Shown here: in pieces, positions 56,230 through 64,000 of the stretch | How positions within the stretch are numbered: the first letter of the stretch is position 1 | Layout: every line of letters begins with the position of its first letter | Assembly: GCA_002718345.1 (NCBI GenBank) | Contig: PBDA01000044.1 | Location: 19,226-83,225 of the forward strand | Direction: 5' to 3' | DNA length: 64,000 bases | Origin: Rhodospirillaceae bacterium | GTDB lineage: Bacteria > Pseudomonadota > Gammaproteobacteria > Steroidobacterales > Rariloculaceae | Notes under the pieces: model-generated | Seen by the model: only the letters and a program-made list of their open reading frames with translations | The model's database searches: none | Told to the model about the DNA's origin: nothing | Translations under genes and position numbers: made by a program

Positions 56230-58254
56230 ATGCCTAACAAACTTTCAAAAGAAACAAGTCCCTACCTTCTTCAACATGCGGAGAACCCTGTTGACTGGTT
56301 TGCATGGAATGAAGATTCACTTCAGCTTGCTTTCCAAAAAAACAAGCCAATTCTGCTCTCCATAGGTTATTCAGCATGCCATTGGTGCCATGTAATGGCA
56401 CATGAATCTTTTGAAGACAAAGCAACGGCAACGCTAATGAATGATTTATTCATCAATATAAAGGTAGACCGAGAAGAGCGCCCCGATATTGATAAGGTCT
56501 ATCAAACAGCCCATCAATTAATGGCGCGTGCGCCCGGCGGATGGCCGTTAACTGTATTTTTAACCCCTAATCAATTACCAATCTTCACTGGCACTTACTT
56601 TCCACGCGAATTATTCAAACAAATTCTAGAACGAGTAGAAACTTATTACCAAAGCAACGCAATAAACATAAAAAAACAAGGACAAGAACTACAAAAAGCC
56701 TTACAACGTCTCGATCAGACGGAGAAAAGCAGCAAGCTCACACTTGAACCTCTTAAAGAGGCAAGGAGAAAGCTAGAATCTATCTTTGATGATAAATATG
56801 GCGGTTTTGGTAGTGCTCCAAAATTTCCACATCCTACACATATCAATTCACTACTAGCAGCATGGGAAAAATCTGCAAAAAAAGAGCCTCCTGATCTTCA
56901 GTCATTATTCATGGCTTCCCTAACACTTAAACGCATGGGGGAAGGCGGGCTTTATGATCACCTCAAAGGAGGATTTTTTCGATATTCAGTAGATCAGCAC
57001 TGGTCTATTCCTCATTTTGAAAAAATGCTCTATGACAATGCAACATTACTTTCATCTTATTCGGATGCACATGCTGCAACTGATGAAATCCTATTCAAAC
57101 AGATTGCCATAGAAACTGCTGATTGGATTATTGATGATATGCAGGACGAAAAAGGTGGATATTATTCTGCTATTGATGCCGACTCTGAAGGTGAAGAAGG
57201 AAAATATTATGTTTGGACCCAGAATCAAGTAAAAGATGTACTGAATGAGGACGAGCACTTAATCGCCAGTAAATATTTTGGGCTAACAAATCAGCCTAAC
57301 TTTGAACAAAAAACATGGCATCTTCAAAAAAGCATACCTTTGCAGGAAATAAAAACCTCTCTACCTAAAAATCAAATTAATAAAAAACTTGAGTCGGGTA
57401 AGGCAAAATTGTTATCTGCTCGGGAGCAAAGGATAGCGCCTCAAAAAGACAAAAAGATATTAGTCTCATGGAATGGTCTCACAATAAAGGCAATGGCACG
57501 AGCGGCTCGTAACCTTGATCGTCCAGATCTAGCTCAATCTGCCACCGATGCAGTTGATTTCATACGGTCACGTCTCTGGAAAAATGGTAGGCTTTTAGCA
57601 GTATACAAAGATGGAAAAGCCCGTTTCCCCGCTTATCTGGACGATTACGCTTTTCTTGCAGCAGGTTTAATAGAGCTTTTGCAGTATCGGTGGCGGTCAG
57701 AGGATTTAGCGCTGACATATTCGCTAATGAAGGTAGTACTTGAACAATTCGAAGATGCAGATGGTGGGTTCTTTTTCACATCTCATGACCATGAAAATTT
57801 GATTCATAGACCGAAACAACTTGCGGATGAAGCAATGCCATCTGGAAATGGCATTTCTGCACAAAATTTTATTATTTTAGGTCACTTGCTTGGAGATCTT
57901 GATTTTATTGCTGCTGCTAAAAGAGCTCTAGAAGCTTCTAGCTCTGCATTAAAAACATACCCTGAAGCTCATGGCTCTATGTTAGAAGCATTACAATCTT
58001 TGGTACACCCTCCTGAACTAATCATTATTCGAGGCACACAAGGACATAAATTAAATAAATGGAAGCAATATGTTAGTACTGGATACCAGCCCCGCAGAAA
58101 AAGCTTTGCGATTTCCAGTGAAGAAACAAACCTGCCGGAATTTCTCGCCCAGAGAAAACCAAGAGGTGAAATAGTTGCATATATTTGCCAAGGCACAAAT
58201 TGCAAGGCGCCAATTACAGATTTTAATCAATTCACTGCAGCGCTGAATAAATAA
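56230..58254 (+). CDS. Thioredoxin-domain protein of the DUF255/YyaL family (N-terminal Trx-like domain plus (alpha/alpha)6 barrel)
   Basis: The ATG is at 56230; the track start at 56044 overlaps lgt. It has [30 protein letters not shown] and FEKMLYDNA. Confidence 0.8.
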   Translation: MPNKLSKETSPYLLQHAENPVDWFAWNEDSLQLAFQKNKPILLSIGYSACHWCHVMAHESFEDKATATLMNDLFINIKVDREERPDIDKVYQTAHQLMARAPGGWPLTVFLTPNQLPIFTGTYFPRELFKQILERVETYYQSNAINIKKQGQELQKALQRLDQTEKSSKLTLEPLKEARRKLESIFDDKYGGFGSAPKFPHPTHINSLLAAWEKSAKKEPPDLQSLFMASLTLKRMGEGGLYDHLKGGFFRYSVDQHWSIPHFEKMLYDNATLLSSYSDAHAATDEILFKQIAIETADWIIDDMQDEKGGYYSAIDADSEGEEGKYYVWTQNQVKDVLNEDEHLIASKYFGLTNQPNFEQKTWHLQKSIPLQEIKTSLPKNQINKKLESGKAKLLSAREQRIAPQKDKKILVSWNGLTIKAMARAARNLDRPDLAQSATDAVDFIRSRLWKNGRLLAVYKDGKARFPAYLDDYAFLAAGLIELLQYRWRSEDLALTYSLMKVVLEQFEDADGGFFFTSHDHENLIHRPKQLADEAMPSGNGISAQNFIILGHLLGDLDFIAAAKRALEASSSALKTYPEAHGSMLEALQSLVHPPELIIIRGTQGHKLNKWKQYVSTGYQPRRKSFAISSEETNLPEFLAQRKPRGEIVAYICQGTNCKAPITDFNQFTAALNK

Positions 58255-58286
58255 TCCTCGAGAATCTTAAATATTATTGCATCATC

Positions 58287-58787
58287 CTAAAATGAATTCA
58301 TTTTTCCAAAGAGATTGGTTATTACCCTAAATGCGCAGTTATAAGCATTTGGCCATTCACTTCTGCGTGGTCCAGAAACATTCAAAGTTAAAATAGAAAA
58401 GCTGTGAATAAAATTTATGAGTTTTTGAGTTATTTGTGTGCATGATATTTTACATACGTCTATCAAAAGATACGGTTTTAATTCAGCATCACAAAATTCT
58501 TTTGTTAACTCCGTACCACCACTAATAGAGCCAGAAAAAATAATTAATGTACCATCAGTGTCTCTAACGTTTTGCAACGTCCGATCCGCATATTTTGAGC
58601 TTGGCAAATCACATACAGGGAAAATAGCTGGTATCTTTCCATCTTCGGATCGTCGCCCCGAAGGACACCAACCACCGCATGGCACTTTAGCCTTAAGTGC
58701 TGCTGCCAAAGCTCCCTGATCAACACCAGTTTGTCCACCAGATACGATCTTTAAATAAAATACGTTCACGACTTTTTTGTCATTCAA
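58287..58787 (-). CDS. YpsA-type SLOG-fold protein (family also annotated as putative molybdenum carrier)
   Basis: 166 aa. It has IVSGGQTGVDQGALAAALKAKVPCGGWCPSGRRSEDGKIP. Confidence 0.6.
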   Translation of the reverse strand: MNDKKVVNVFYLKIVSGGQTGVDQGALAAALKAKVPCGGWCPSGRRSEDGKIPAIFPVCDLPSSKYADRTLQNVRDTDGTLIIFSGSISGGTELTKEFCDAELKPYLLIDVCKISCTQITQKLINFIHSFSILTLNVSGPRRSEWPNAYNCAFRVITNLFGKMNSF

Positions 58788-58840
58788 CTAACCAATAACT
58801 AAGATGACCTATCTATAGGCAGAAATACAACTTTTCTATT

Positions 58841-61630
58841 TCATTCCAAAGCCTGGCGTCGCCACTCTGAACCATCTCTAACTAATTCATAGCTAGGCCA
58901 ATAACGCTTATCAAGTGTTAAGGTAATAACCTCTGAAGCATTATTCCAGGTAACGGTATTTAATCGAACTGAATCTCTATCACCAAGACCACTCACAGAG
59001 GCAAGAAAACTATTTAAATCTGGTGTGAGTTGTCCGTTAACACCCATTATTCTCCTCCCAGCATATAGGCCAGAACGACTTGCTGGAGAACCGAGCCCAA
59101 AATGAGATACATAAACTCCCTCTGCCTCTATCCCCCTTTGTACTGAAACTGCTCGATGGGGTGCCTGTAGCAAAGCTCCAGCCCAAGACACAACTCGATT
59201 AATTCCCTCGCCATCTAGAGCAACAGTCTCAACTCGCTTAGTGAGCTCTTGGCCATCACGGTATACAGTAACTTCTACTTCAGTGCTTTGGGAGGCACCT
59301 TCTATTTCTCTAAATGTATTCCAGACTTTACCGTTCACACTAAGAAGGATATCTCCTGCTCGAAAAAACTCGGCCGCTGGTGAGCCTGCAACAGCACTCG
59401 ATACAGCAAGTACTTGACGTCTTTGAGGACTATGCGCTTCATAACGTTTAACCCAGTTCTCCGGTAACCCAAAATTACGAGCAGATGCCAACGGCATTAA
59501 TCCCCACTCCACTTCTAGTGAATACAACGACTCATTTGCCTTCATATGCTCAATCATATTGACTATCAAATAGGATGGAATTCCCATATTGATTTGCCGA
59601 AAATCACGACCCTGCTGATATGCAAAACTTGCCCAAAGTGCTTTTACCCGAGCGGCGGCATCAATAATGACACCATCAAATTCATCAGGCCCATTGACTA
59701 ATTCAATTGCTTCAAGATTGTAGTCTCTAAATCGGAGGGTTCTTGATAAAGGCAGGTTTGCCGCTCTAACAGCCCGAACATCACTTGGTTGAGATACTAG
59801 TGTATGGTCAGCTTTCAATCCAACAACCTCTATCGCATCACCTGGTTGTACCTCGTCACTTGAAAAGTTGGCTGTTTGTACTGGCGTATCTCCAATTAAC
59901 TTAGGATCGTAAGAAACTACTGCCAAGTTATGCAGAGGATGAATGTATTCAACTCTACCTGGTATCTCCAGCGAACCCGCAAAGGTTATGCGAACATCCC
60001 CCAAAGCGACCGGTACTGTATTGCGATCTACAACAACCCAACCCCTCTCGGCATCGGCAATTATGCCAGTACCGTAATAATGACGATCAGAAACCCCAGA
60101 AACAGTGTAAGGCATATCAAAATTTACCAGCACTAAAGATGGCGTTATCCGCTGAACATGACTATCCCCACGTAATGGAAATGTTGTCGTTCCAACAGGA
60201 AATTTTTCAGTAGGTGGTCCATCAGCAATAGCTTCACACGGCCACAAACCAGATTCATCATCACGAATACACCGTTGGGCTGGAAACCAGCTTCGACTAT
60301 TTCTTACAGATCGCTGACGCTCGGTCCTTGGATCATCGAATTGAGCAAACCGTACACTCAGTCTTTGCCCTTCAGGAATGGATTCTATTACTTGCTGAAA
60401 GTCATCCAAAGTTTCCATGCGTTTGCCATCAATACTTGTGATCAAGCTAGCTCGCGGTATCGCTGAAGAACCAAAAACATAGCCTGGACTGGCAACATAG
60501 ACCCCAGAAACTGGTCGATTAAAATGTCGTGCTTGCTGATATGACAGCGTGTGAAATATTCCTTCACCAAATTCTATGAATTCATCAGAGGTGATCTGGT
60601 GCAGATCATCTACTAACAGTGACTGTCTCATTAAGACACCACCTCGTTCGATCTCAACAATCACCTGCTCGCCAACACCATCATCCAATTTTTCAGCCAG
60701 TGGAACAAAACTGGCCATCAAATCATGATTAAGACTTATGACTATATCCCCTGGCTGAAGGAAATCAGCAGCACCGGCACCAGGAATTACTTGTTCGACT
60801 ACCAACAATCCATTCTGTTCAGGAAATGCCTCTCGCATCATTTCCTCAGATTCATTCGTTAGACCTAAACGACGAAGTTCTGCATAAGGCTTATGAACAA
60901 ATTCCGTTTGAAGAGTTCCCCGTGATACATGCTGCCCTTCTTGCAAAAGCTTTAAAGCCCTACTTACACGATTGAGCGGTAGAAAAAAACTAGAGGCGGC
61001 CTGTGTATTAGCACCAGCATTCAAAGCTAAGACCCTACCCTGGATATCCACAACTGGAGACCCAGAAGATCCCCCAGATGTGCCAGATGCTGCTTGAAAA
61101 TAAAAAGTATTAAAATCATTGTAGTTGCCACGACCATAATTGGGAGCTTGGCGATCCAAGCGGGCAATGGTCCCTGCAAGAATAGATAGCTGTTCTCCTG
61201 CATCATTCCCAATAACTCTAATATCGCGACCAATGTGCGCAGCTGAAGGCACTAACTCAAGTTCACTGGGTTCTATAAACCTTAGATCCTCAGGGTCAAA
61301 CTTGAAGAACCCAAAATCGTGCACGGGATCTCGATACACAGGAACAAGATCTACTTCTTCTTGATTTAAGAATATAGCTTGGGCAACAACTGGCCCCGGC
61401 GTAACAACATGCCGATTTGTTAATATCAAACCTTGCTTAGCATCAACAACAAAACCAGTTGCCTGACTAGATTGATTTCGTTCTGTATCAAATGCTCGGG
61501 TGCTATCTACCTGAATTGATACAACACCCGATGATATTTGATCTAAGGTTGTATTCCAGGAAAAATCCTGGGCTCCAAGACTTCCAACAACCATCATCAT
61601 GATGATTGGAATTAATTGAATTGCTTTCAT
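58841..61630 (-). CDS. Large secreted trypsin-like (S1C, Nma111-like) serine protease with PDZ domains
   Basis: 929 aa with a signal peptide. The His context is LTNRHVV and the Ser context is GTSGGSSGSPVVD. It has several PDZ-like segments (for example PGDIVISLN and AGDILLSVNG). Confidence 0.75.
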   Translation of the reverse strand: MKAIQLIPIIMMMVVGSLGAQDFSWNTTLDQISSGVVSIQVDSTRAFDTERNQSSQATGFVVDAKQGLILTNRHVVTPGPVVAQAIFLNQEEVDLVPVYRDPVHDFGFFKFDPEDLRFIEPSELELVPSAAHIGRDIRVIGNDAGEQLSILAGTIARLDRQAPNYGRGNYNDFNTFYFQAASGTSGGSSGSPVVDIQGRVLALNAGANTQAASSFFLPLNRVSRALKLLQEGQHVSRGTLQTEFVHKPYAELRRLGLTNESEEMMREAFPEQNGLLVVEQVIPGAGAADFLQPGDIVISLNHDLMASFVPLAEKLDDGVGEQVIVEIERGGVLMRQSLLVDDLHQITSDEFIEFGEGIFHTLSYQQARHFNRPVSGVYVASPGYVFGSSAIPRASLITSIDGKRMETLDDFQQVIESIPEGQRLSVRFAQFDDPRTERQRSVRNSRSWFPAQRCIRDDESGLWPCEAIADGPPTEKFPVGTTTFPLRGDSHVQRITPSLVLVNFDMPYTVSGVSDRHYYGTGIIADAERGWVVVDRNTVPVALGDVRITFAGSLEIPGRVEYIHPLHNLAVVSYDPKLIGDTPVQTANFSSDEVQPGDAIEVVGLKADHTLVSQPSDVRAVRAANLPLSRTLRFRDYNLEAIELVNGPDEFDGVIIDAAARVKALWASFAYQQGRDFRQINMGIPSYLIVNMIEHMKANESLYSLEVEWGLMPLASARNFGLPENWVKRYEAHSPQRRQVLAVSSAVAGSPAAEFFRAGDILLSVNGKVWNTFREIEGASQSTEVEVTVYRDGQELTKRVETVALDGEGINRVVSWAGALLQAPHRAVSVQRGIEAEGVYVSHFGLGSPASRSGLYAGRRIMGVNGQLTPDLNSFLASVSGLGDRDSVRLNTVTWNNASEVITLTLDKRYWPSYELVRDGSEWRRQALE

Positions 61631-61781
61631 ACATATAATTGTATGGGCCTAACTACCTCTATGACCAGAAAACTTTATTTATAAATAAATAAATGTTTAT
61701 CTCCTAATTCATCGATCAGCCCAATTTCACTTGTGTGCAGTGATTTCCTAGACATATATTACTAATCTTAAGCACTCTCGC

Positions 61782-63017
61782 CTACGCAGAATACAATACC
61801 GTTCTTGAGCTTTGTGCTCTATAACCAAAGGCCTGACGCATTATCATAGATTTTGCAAATGGCATGGCATCAACCGCGCTTAGTCCTATTGATCTAATTG
61901 ACGGTGCAATTTTCCCAGAAATACCAAAAAGTCTGTGGAGCGCATCAAGCGCAAAAAGCATCTTTAAATTATCACCTTTTCTATTGCGTTCATAACGACG
62001 CAAAACACGATAATCACCTATATCTTCTCTTTTTTTCTGTGCTTCTATAAGCACTTCAGCTAGAACAGCTGCATCCATCAGGCCAAGATTCATACCCTGT
62101 CCGGCAAGAGGGTGTATTGTGTGTGCAGCATCACCGAGAAGAACCGTCCTGTTTCCACAATACCGACTCGCATAAGATGCTTGGATCGGAAAACTGGCAC
62201 TATTGGATTCTAGGCTTATTTGCCCAAGGACCCCACCACTTGCATGTTGAAGTTCAGTTATAAATTTAGTTTGTTCGATCTTACATAGAGTTTTTGCATG
62301 ATGAGCGTCTGTAGACCAAACAACAGAACTACAGCCATCTTTTAATGGCAAAAATGCTAGAGGTCCCTGAGGTAAAAACCGTTGCCAAGCCGTTGCCATA
62401 TGAGAATACTCAGTTGATACATGCGTAACTATTGCCCGTTGCTCGTATGGGATATTAGTGACAGGAATTCCAAGCTCATCACGTACAGTTGAATCACTGC
62501 CGTCAGCGGCAATTAAAACGGCTGCTGATAAAGTTTCACCCTTTGAAGTTACTATCTGAACTCTTTCATCATTAACATCAATTTCATCTAACTCTGTGTT
62601 GAAAGAAATTTTTACGCCGTAATTTTTTGCTGATTCTATTAACACACTCCGAAGTAGATTATTTTCTACAATGTGACCTAAATCAGGTTCGCCTATTTCT
62701 GCGCTATCAAATGTTAATGAACCTACGCGGGAGTCATATTCTCCCTGCCACACATGCATTCGCTCATAAGAAGATGCCCTACAATCAACTATGGAATTCC
62801 AAACACCAAGACCACTTAAAATATTTTGAGAAACTCGGGATAGTGCATAAACCCGCAAATCAGTTTTATCTGCCATCCAAATCGGGACATCGCCAGAATC
62901 AAAAAGATGTACCTTAATTTCTTCAAACCTCGAACATGAGGCTAATAACGCCGCCATACATAAACCTACAGGCCCACCACCAACGATAACTACTGAGGGA
63001 TGTTGTGTGATGTTCAA
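61782..63017 (-). CDS. ubiI: UbiH/UbiF/VisC/COQ6-family FAD-dependent ubiquinone biosynthesis hydroxylase (UbiI/VisC-like by position)
   Basis: 411 aa. It has the VVIVGGGPVGL dinucleotide fold, ADGSDSTVR and GDAAHTIHPLAGQGMNLG. It has a 4-nt overlap with the upstream ubiH-like gene. Confidence 0.6.
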   Translation of the reverse strand: MNITQHPSVVIVGGGPVGLCMAALLASCSRFEEIKVHLFDSGDVPIWMADKTDLRVYALSRVSQNILSGLGVWNSIVDCRASSYERMHVWQGEYDSRVGSLTFDSAEIGEPDLGHIVENNLLRSVLIESAKNYGVKISFNTELDEIDVNDERVQIVTSKGETLSAAVLIAADGSDSTVRDELGIPVTNIPYEQRAIVTHVSTEYSHMATAWQRFLPQGPLAFLPLKDGCSSVVWSTDAHHAKTLCKIEQTKFITELQHASGGVLGQISLESNSASFPIQASYASRYCGNRTVLLGDAAHTIHPLAGQGMNLGLMDAAVLAEVLIEAQKKREDIGDYRVLRRYERNRKGDNLKMLFALDALHRLFGISGKIAPSIRSIGLSAVDAMPFAKSMIMRQAFGYRAQSSRTVLYSA

Positions 63018-64000
63018 GAGCTTAGAGGTAGACCACGAGATAGCCTAGACAACCGTCCATTCAATCCCATCGTTTGACGCGCAAGCGTAGCTTTTGCGCC
63101 TGGAAGCAAATCAAACGTCATTAATCCAAGCCCACGAGTCATAGCGAGCAGTCCTGAGTTATAACCAAATAGTCTCACTAAACCATGAGTAAATTGCGAA
63201 ACACGACGCTGATCTGCTAACCGTGACGCCTGATAACAAGCCAGAAGCTCATCATTGCCCAAGTCAGCTTTACTATCAGCATGGTTAGTATCTGCAAGAA
63301 GCTCTGCAATTGCTGCAATATCTCTTAGAGCCAAATTAAAGCCCTGCCCTGCAACAGGATGCAAGCTTAAAGCAGCATTGCCTAATAACACAGACCGACG
63401 TGCTGTCAAAACATCACTACGGACCCTTTTTAGAGGATAAGTTGCCCGAGAACCTATGCGATTTATTCTGCCCAAACGACTTCCAAAGACACTTTTCAAT
63501 TCCAGAGCAAACTGTTTGTTATCCAAGCTAATAACTTTTTCTGCCTGTTTAGGGTCAAGTGTCCAAACAACACCCATCCGATCTCTACGAAGAGGCAAAA
63601 AAGCTAGGGGGCCATTCGACGTAAAGCGCTCAAATGCTTGGCCGTGATGCATAATTTCAGTTTGGCAGTTGAAAATAATTGCATGCTGTTCATAAGTATA
63701 CTCTTGAACCGAAATACCCATTTCTTCACGAACTTTCGACCTAACTCCATCAGCAGCAACGACTAATTTAGCTTGCACCTTACAGCGACCAGATTTTGTT
63801 TTAACTCCAGCTGTAACAGCGTCATTAACAATACTCAGGCAATCTAGCTTTGCTGGAGCTAAACAGGTCAGGGAATTAAATTCTGATAACTGTGACCAAA
63901 CTTTGTCACCTAATACCCGGTTTTCAATCGTGTACCCTAATGCTGAGACACCTTCTTCCTCAGCAATTATTTTTGATGTTCCAAAACAACCACGTTCAGA
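63014..64000 (-). CDS. ubiH: UbiH-like 2-octaprenyl-6-methoxyphenol hydroxylase, 5'-truncated by the window edge
   Basis: The track ORF starts at an internal GTG (63778). My translation of 63779-64000 in the same frame has no stop (...YTIENRVLGDKVWSQLSEF...AKLVVAADGVRSKVRE), so the gene continues past position 64000. It also has GNAALSLHPVAGQGFNLALRD. Confidence 0.7.
   Translation of the reverse strand, partial: SERGCFGTSKIIAEEEGVSALGYTIENRVLGDKVWSQLSEFNSLTCLAPAKLDCLSIVNDAVTAGVKTKSGRCKVQAKLVVAADGVRSKVREEMGISVQEYTYEQHAIIFNCQTEIMHHGQAFERFTSNGPLAFLPLRRDRMGVVWTLDPKQAEKVISLDNKQFALELKSVFGSRLGRINRIGSRATYPLKRVRSDVLTARRSVLLGNAALSLHPVAGQGFNLALRDIAAIAELLADTNHADSKADLGNDELLACYQASRLADQRRVSQFTHGLVRLFGYNSGLLAMTRGLGLMTFDLLPGAKATLARQTMGLNGRLSRLSRGLPLSS

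Overview
This is a 64-kb AT-rich chromosomal segment. Hand counts of flanking 60-nt lines give about 27-33% G+C, and coding regions look nearer 40%. Gene content and synteny fit a marine-type gammaproteobacterium: murU / lptD-surA-pdxA-rsmA-apaH, thyA-lgt, ubiH-ubiI. I support about 60 protein genes and one tRNA (anticodon CAT). I see no rRNA, CRISPR array, transposase, integrase or phage genes.

Layout:
- 0-2.6 kb: LPS-core glycosyltransferases.
- 2.6-33.5 kb: an accessory-looking run in which about twenty products carry Sec or Tat signal peptides (peptidases, hydrolases, VOC, CMD, GlcG, amidohydrolase, aldo/keto reductases, NHL propeller, TonB-dependent receptor).
- 33.5-47.5 kb: a 13-kb translationally coupled MoxR-DUF58-VWA-BatA-type operon with extra protease-like members.
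- 47.5-64 kb: ordinary housekeeping genes.

Most interesting observations:
1. An exported thioredoxin-fold redoxin has an in-frame TGA exactly at the first Cys of its CxxC motif (W-TGA-P-F-C), followed by a SECIS-like hairpin. It is a candidate selenoprotein that the ORF track splits in two.
2. There are four paralogous small secreted proteins whose predicted mature N-terminus is His-His. They also share a conserved NPH motif, which suggests a possible histidine-brace metal site. Each sits next to one of three paralogous ~250-aa secreted partner proteins, in two loci. One locus is a tandem duplication followed by a PAL-like NHL propeller.
3. A TonB-dependent receptor carries four His/Glu-rich inserts, two of them encoded by a perfect 45-bp direct repeat.
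4. A sharply bounded ~1.5-kb high-GC patch lies near the tRNA. It holds an M24/creatinase-like gene plus the 5' stump of a POT transporter. It is either foreign DNA or an assembly chimera.
5. The Bat-like operon includes a TPR-HExxH metalloprotease and a caspase/legumain-like protein with Ser at the nucleophile position.

All functional calls rest on motif recognition by eye. No database search was possible.
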